Made by a program: the position numbers and the translations under genes. The notes beneath the pieces are model-generated. The model did no database searches, was not told the DNA's origin, and was given only the letters and a program-made list of their open reading frames with translations. A stretch of DNA of 64,000 nucleotides from an uncultured virus (IMG/VR IMGVR_UViG_3300047094_001085) (taxonomy: Duplodnaviria; Heunggongvirae; Uroviricota; Caudoviricetes): the IMG/VR virus record IMGVR_UViG_3300047094_001085; one strand, given 5' to 3'. This document shows, piece by piece, positions 59,277-64,000 of this stretch (positions are counted from its first letter, which is position 1; the number at the start of each line of letters is the position of its first letter).

Positions 59277-59986
59277 TATTCTAAATTTTTTAATTTTTTT
59301 ATTAAATCAATCAATACTAACACATCACGTTCACAGTATGCAGATATCTCTTCTAACATATTTTTATTCCAATATGCGTCGTGTACTTTATCTCCGGTAA
59401 CATCACCTTCTTTTGGGGAAGGGACTTCCATTGAAGTACACATTAAATCCAATGAACCAATTGCGGTATATGCTCCGTATTGCCAAATTTCTCTGGTATC
59501 AATAGCTTTTACTTCCCACGGTTTTGTATCATAAGATGGTAGAATCGATGGGGGTAATAATCCGTTGATTATCATTCTTTTTGCTGTCATTGGAATATCA
59601 AAGTTTTTTAAATTGTGACCACATAGGAAAAAATCTAATTTTCCGCAACGTTCTAATAAATTTTGACATTCTTTTAATAATACTTTCTCATCATCACCTG
59701 AAAACGTTTGTTTTTTAATCTCACCATTTTCCATTACAAAGGCAACACTCATACAAACAATTTTTGCGAATTCAGGAACTAATGCGGTTCTTGTTGCAAA
59801 TACGTGATTTTTTTGGTTTACTTCAATTTCCTTATCTTCAGGAAAACGTTTTAAGAACCAATCGTAATATTTGTCAAATTGTTTCGATAATTCAGGTCTT
59901 TTTTCTAAACAAGTGTCGTAATCTTTTTCAATTCCAACTGTTTCAATATCTAAAAATAATATTTTGGTTAATGGTATTTTAATCAT
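59276..59986 (-). CDS. DnaQ/PolB-like 3'-5' exonuclease
   Basis: FLDIET, GHNLKNFDIP and YCERDV motifs. Confidence 0.85.
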   Translation of the reverse strand: MIKIPLTKILFLDIETVGIEKDYDTCLEKRPELSKQFDKYYDWFLKRFPEDKEIEVNQKNHVFATRTALVPEFAKIVCMSVAFVMENGEIKKQTFSGDDEKVLLKECQNLLERCGKLDFFLCGHNLKNFDIPMTAKRMIINGLLPPSILPSYDTKPWEVKAIDTREIWQYGAYTAIGSLDLMCTSMEVPSPKEGDVTGDKVHDAYWNKNMLEEISAYCERDVLVLIDLIKKLKNLE

Positions 59987-60434
59987 TTGATTCTAAATTT
60001 TTTATAATGTCCGGATTTTGTTTGATTGTTTGTTTTGTAATTAAATCTTTAATTTTGGTTGTTGACCAATTGTGAGACCTTGTTGTGTAAATTACTTTGA
60101 TTGGTAAATGGTCACCGGTAAATCTTTTACCGATGTAATCATCCCCCAATATTCTAATATCAGGTTTGTAAAATTCCATTAATTGAATCAAATCTTCTTC
60201 AGTTTGATAAGTTACTACCTCATCAATGTATTTGATTGACATTAATGTTTTATATCGTTCATATAATGGAATTACAGGTTTATATTTTGTAAATCTAGTC
60301 TCTGAAGGGTCTCTCTGTAAAAAAACCATAAAATAGTCACAATGACGTTTAGCCTCTTCAAAGGTATAGATATAACCCGGGTGAAGTAAGTCAAAATTAC
60401 CTGCGGTAAAACCAATTGTTTTTTTTGTATTCAT
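59979..60434 (-). CDS. cytidylyltransferase (TagD/RfaE-like)
   Basis: GNFDLLHPG, KP...ER, GDDY and STT motifs. Confidence 0.82.
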   Translation of the reverse strand: MNTKKTIGFTAGNFDLLHPGYIYTFEEAKRHCDYFMVFLQRDPSETRFTKYKPVIPLYERYKTLMSIKYIDEVVTYQTEEDLIQLMEFYKPDIRILGDDYIGKRFTGDHLPIKVIYTTRSHNWSTTKIKDLITKQTIKQNPDIIKNLESND

Positions 60435-60436
60435 TT

Positions 60437-61657
60437 TTATTTAATTAAACTTTTGTAAAATTCTGCTCTTGTAACAGTAACATTATTAAGGTCATATTTG
60501 TCTTTTACTGTGTTATATAATCTCTCACCTAGTTCAGTTATCATTTCAGGATTTTGAACTAATTTTTTAATTGATTTTGACCAATCACTATGGTTTCTAC
60601 TTTCAGGAATTAAAATAGCATTTCCATCGGCAGTAAATTCACCATTCTTTAAACAATGTTTTAAATCAATTGTGTATGGGCCAATTTCTGAAGCAATCAA
60701 TGCTTTTTTATAGAACCCCGCCTCAATCACTTTTAATTGTGATTTCATTCTGTTGAAGATGTGATTTTTAATTGGTGCCAAAGATATGTCAAATTTTGAA
60801 TAATTCATAGCGTAAGAGTTAACAGGTTTTGTCCAAACTCTAACGTAAGGTAATTCTTTATCTGAAATATAGTTTTCATCTTTAAATTCCTTTAAAAATT
60901 TAATATAATTTTCATCTAACGTTTTATAATTGTTTGTAAAAATTCCCTCATAATTAACCCACACTGTTTCGTGAGGTAAAATATCTCTTTTCTTTTGTTC
61001 TCCGGTGGTTGGATTAATTTCAGTTACAGAACCTCTTGTATCGAACCCACAAATTACATATTGTAATTTATCGTTGATGTCTTGATTCTTTTGAACAAAC
61101 GCGTCTAATAAACCTAAATCGTGTAAGTGAGATGAACCTCCTAACCAACCAATTCTAATTTTATCAGATGGTGGTGTCACTTGATTAAATTGAGGTTCTT
61201 TAGGGTCGATTGCGTTTGGTAACACCAATACATTCTTATTGAGTTTACGAATTTCATTTGCAAATATATCCGTTGTTGTTGTTACCCAATCAGCTTCTTT
61301 TAAGTTTGCAACAATTTTTTCGTGAATTTTGTTTTGTACAATAATACTGTGGATTGGGTGGTCAACAGTAGGTAACCAATAATCATCAATATCAATAATA
61401 ACAACTTTACCAATCGACTTTAAATACTTAATGATTGATGGTGTTTGGTCGTAATGACTACCGATGTTTCGGTGTACGTGAATAATTTGGTATTTGTCCC
61501 AATATTTAATATCGTTTATCTTAGGTTCGTAATCAATATCAACGTGAAAATCGTCAGGATATAAATTTTGTAAGAACACGTGAGGGTCAATAGACCTGAA
61601 TTTACCAACTCCGGTTTTATCTGAAGGGAGTACTAAAACATTAATTTTTTCTTTCAT
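60437..61657 (-). CDS. GT-B glycosyltransferase
   Basis: DIDDYW, LPNAID, IGWLGG.SH..DL and FN..KS.LK.IEAG motifs. Confidence 0.8.
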   Translation of the reverse strand: MKEKINVLVLPSDKTGVGKFRSIDPHVFLQNLYPDDFHVDIDYEPKINDIKYWDKYQIIHVHRNIGSHYDQTPSIIKYLKSIGKVVIIDIDDYWLPTVDHPIHSIIVQNKIHEKIVANLKEADWVTTTTDIFANEIRKLNKNVLVLPNAIDPKEPQFNQVTPPSDKIRIGWLGGSSHLHDLGLLDAFVQKNQDINDKLQYVICGFDTRGSVTEINPTTGEQKKRDILPHETVWVNYEGIFTNNYKTLDENYIKFLKEFKDENYISDKELPYVRVWTKPVNSYAMNYSKFDISLAPIKNHIFNRMKSQLKVIEAGFYKKALIASEIGPYTIDLKHCLKNGEFTADGNAILIPESRNHSDWSKSIKKLVQNPEMITELGERLYNTVKDKYDLNNVTVTRAEFYKSLIK

Positions 61658-61768
61658 AGTTTAATATTATAACAGAAAGTATAATTAAAGAGTGTTAGAA
61701 TATCAACTATTAAGAAATAAAAAACCCCCAAGTTTCCTTGAGGGTTTAGTTTTTAGAGTAAATAAAGT

Positions 61769-62362
61769 TTAAGATATTTTTTTAATCTTAGTAACCTTAC
61801 CCTCAAATATATGCTTTCCTACTTTAAAAGAAAATACTTCGTTTGATTTTTGTGTTGATTCGGCTAAAATTCCGTTTTCTTGTAGTACTTCCTCTACAAC
61901 TTCTTTTAACATATCTCTTAATTGTTTGTTATTGAAGTTAGATTGAGGTTGAGTTTGTTCTTGTACTTTTTGTTTTGGTTGACCTACTTGATTGCCTCTT
62001 GCGTCTGTGTTCATTAATCTTGCTGCTTTATCAATTAAGTCATTAGATAGAGTTGGTCCACCCATACCTGCCGGCTGAGCTATTGGATGTTCAATCATCA
62101 ATCGTTTAATCTCATCCGGTAATTTTGAAGCCATAACTCTATCTTGAGTCATTGGTTGGTTAACTTGTTGTACCGGTACTGAGGCTTCTTGTAACATATC
62201 TTGAGGTAAGTTATAAGTTGCCGGAGGAGCATTGTATGTTGCAACTTCAGGTGTACTATATGTGTCCATAGATGGTAGACCACCTCTTGGTGTTTGATTA
62301 TGTTTTTCCATTATTTGTTTGGAAATCATAAGTTTTTGAATTAAATCATTTTCGCTTGTCAT
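61769..62362 (-). CDS. hypothetical protein
   Basis: 197-aa ORF; SKLPDEIK..M...PI. Confidence 0.75.
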   Translation of the reverse strand: MTSENDLIQKLMISKQIMEKHNQTPRGGLPSMDTYSTPEVATYNAPPATYNLPQDMLQEASVPVQQVNQPMTQDRVMASKLPDEIKRLMIEHPIAQPAGMGGPTLSNDLIDKAARLMNTDARGNQVGQPKQKVQEQTQPQSNFNNKQLRDMLKEVVEEVLQENGILAESTQKSNEVFSFKVGKHIFEGKVTKIKKIS

Positions 62363-62363
62363 A

Positions 62364-63044
62364 TTATTTTTTAATTAAACTTTGAGATTGTTGGATTAGT
62401 TCTGAAACTTTTGGTCTTAAATCATTTTTTTCTTGATTGGATAAATTTCTACGAATTTTATCTTCAATACCAGCATATATTCTTTTATATGATTCTGCGG
62501 CTTTAGATAAATCAACACCTTCTAATGAATCGGCACCATCTTTCTCAATAATATCATTAATCATATCATTAACTGTGGTGATAATTACATCATCAATTAC
62601 ATCATTAACTTCAACTTCAGTTTCTGGTGTAGTTGGTTCAGGTTCTTGTTGTGGTGTGACTTGAGAAAAATCAGCATTAATAATAACACGATTCATACTT
62701 TTATCACCATTTGGATTGTAGTTTGGTTTTGGTTCGTTAAATGTCTCACCTGTTGGTTTAAAAGAGAATATTTTGTCCGCTCTGAAAAGCCTCCATCCCG
62801 GTAAAGGTTGTTCACCTAAATACGCGGTGTGTGATGCTCCTTGAGAGTCCCACGCTCTTACAACAGGATTATCCGCTTTTGAATAACCAAAACAAACCGG
62901 TTCAATTAAACGTAATCCACGTCCACCTGGTTCATCCCCATCATAGTAAATTATAATCTTATCTCGTTTTTTTATAGCGTCGACTATAGAGTCAACTGAC
63001 GCTATTTCTAAAATAAGTGATTTAAATGTGTTGTAAAGTTTCAT
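62364..63044 (-). CDS. WYL-like domain protein
   Basis: IYY...R.IEPVCFG...VRAW...GWRLFRADKI. Confidence 0.65.
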   Translation of the reverse strand: MKLYNTFKSLILEIASVDSIVDAIKKRDKIIIYYDGDEPGGRGLRLIEPVCFGYSKADNPVVRAWDSQGASHTAYLGEQPLPGWRLFRADKIFSFKPTGETFNEPKPNYNPNGDKSMNRVIINADFSQVTPQQEPEPTTPETEVEVNDVIDDVIITTVNDMINDIIEKDGADSLEGVDLSKAAESYKRIYAGIEDKIRRNLSNQEKNDLRPKVSELIQQSQSLIKK

Positions 63045-63337
63045 TATGCACTTGGAGTTGTGTATGGTTTTACTTCTTTGTATTTGTTAACAACTATTTC
63101 AGATTTTCTTTCCATAATGTCTTGAATTGCACCCGCACCTTGGTTATAAACATCTAAAAATCCACCAGTACCTTTACCTTGTTCATCACCATCGGCTAAA
63201 GCGTCAGGATTAACTGATGAGTATTGATTTGTGATTTTAAAGTCATTCTTTGGGAATAACATTTTTCTTTGCATATCCGCAATTGCTGATAATTCATTTT
63301 CAGGTTGTGCGAAATCTAAAGGTTCTAAATTTGCCAT
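63044..63337 (-). CDS. hypothetical protein
   Basis: 97-aa coupled ORF. Confidence 0.7.
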   Translation of the reverse strand: MANLEPLDFAQPENELSAIADMQRKMLFPKNDFKITNQYSSVNPDALADGDEQGKGTGGFLDVYNQGAGAIQDIMERKSEIVVNKYKEVKPYTTPSA

Positions 63338-63338
63338 A

Positions 63339-63809
63339 TTAAATTATTTTTTTTATTAATTCGTTTATTCTTTTTAAACTTTCTGTAATATCTTTGTTAA
63401 TATTACCGGTGGTTGAACTATGACTTTTACTTTGTCTATTCATTGTATTTAAATTATCTTTAGTGTGAGTTTGTATAAATTGATTTGGTAAAACTTCAGA
63501 TTTTGATTTCTTACCCATATATACGTTATTTCTCATTCCACCTAATGTGTCGTTAACCCAATTTTTTACATAGTGTCCACCATTCAAAATAAAAGGTAAA
63601 TCGTTTTCTAAACCATTAAAGTTATCAAACCAATTTTTCATTCGTTTTAATTGTTGATAAGTGGTTTCACGACTATCTCTTAATTCTTGATTTCTTTTAA
63701 ATCCTTCAATGGTTGAATCATCTGTGTTTGCAGAATCAAAGCATTGTTGTAAATATTCTACAACATCTTCAGGTAATTGAACGGTATTTCCATATAAATC
63801 CTTATTCAT
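63339..63809 (-). CDS. hypothetical virion protein
   Basis: 156 aa; LKRMKNWF. Confidence 0.7.
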   Translation of the reverse strand: MNKDLYGNTVQLPEDVVEYLQQCFDSANTDDSTIEGFKRNQELRDSRETTYQQLKRMKNWFDNFNGLENDLPFILNGGHYVKNWVNDTLGGMRNNVYMGKKSKSEVLPNQFIQTHTKDNLNTMNRQSKSHSSTTGNINKDITESLKRINELIKKII

Positions 63810-64000
63810 TAGATTTTAACGCTTTGATTAACATATTGATACTGATACCTTCTTTATCGGCGATTTTTTTAATTGATTGAATATTTTTCAATAATATTTT
63901 ACTTATTCCTTTATCTTTTACTACATCGGAATTATTTGACGATTTTTTGGTTAACATATCCTCAACCATTTTAATCATTTTTTTTCTTTGTTGTTCTTCA
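63802..64000 (-). CDS. partial CDS (3' end), hypothetical
   Basis: open frame running off the window, ending ...LIKALKSNE*. Confidence 0.55.
   Translation of the reverse strand, partial: EEQQRKKMIKMVEDMLTKKSSNNSDVVKDKGISKILLKNIQSIKKIADKEGISINMLIKALKSNE

Noticed and set aside
1..64000. Alternative genetic code (stop-codon reassignment)
   Set aside because: Core genes are full length and densely packed under the standard code; no suppressor tRNA was seen.

Overview
This is a 64-kb segment of an AT-rich jumbo myophage with a T4-like morphogenesis module, read in the standard genetic code. The host is very likely Bacteroidota: there are TTTG-N19-20-TAnnTTTG promoters, no Shine-Dalgarno sequences, and a bS21 gene inverted between the portal and prohead protease genes. 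The left part (1-21 kb) is a translation and RNA-maintenance region. It holds 3 near-canonical tRNAs, an RNA end-healing/ligation cluster, SmpB, tmRNA and a ClpC lacking its N-domain. It also holds a ~2.6-kb non-coding island containing three of four tRNA-like RNAs that share one acceptor/T-arm but carry different cargo in place of the anticodon arm, a circularly permuted tRNA-like RNA, several closed-stem RNAs and an ~870-nt GOLLD-like ornate RNA behind an rRNA-style leader. The middle (21-47 kb) carries terminase, portal, protease, scaffold, major capsid, baseplate genes and a gp55-like late sigma factor with a recurrent TATTTAT motif. The right part (47-64 kb) is a glycosyltransferase/sugar-modification cluster with PhoH, dUTPase and an exonuclease. 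All calls come from reading motifs by eye; no database searches were run.
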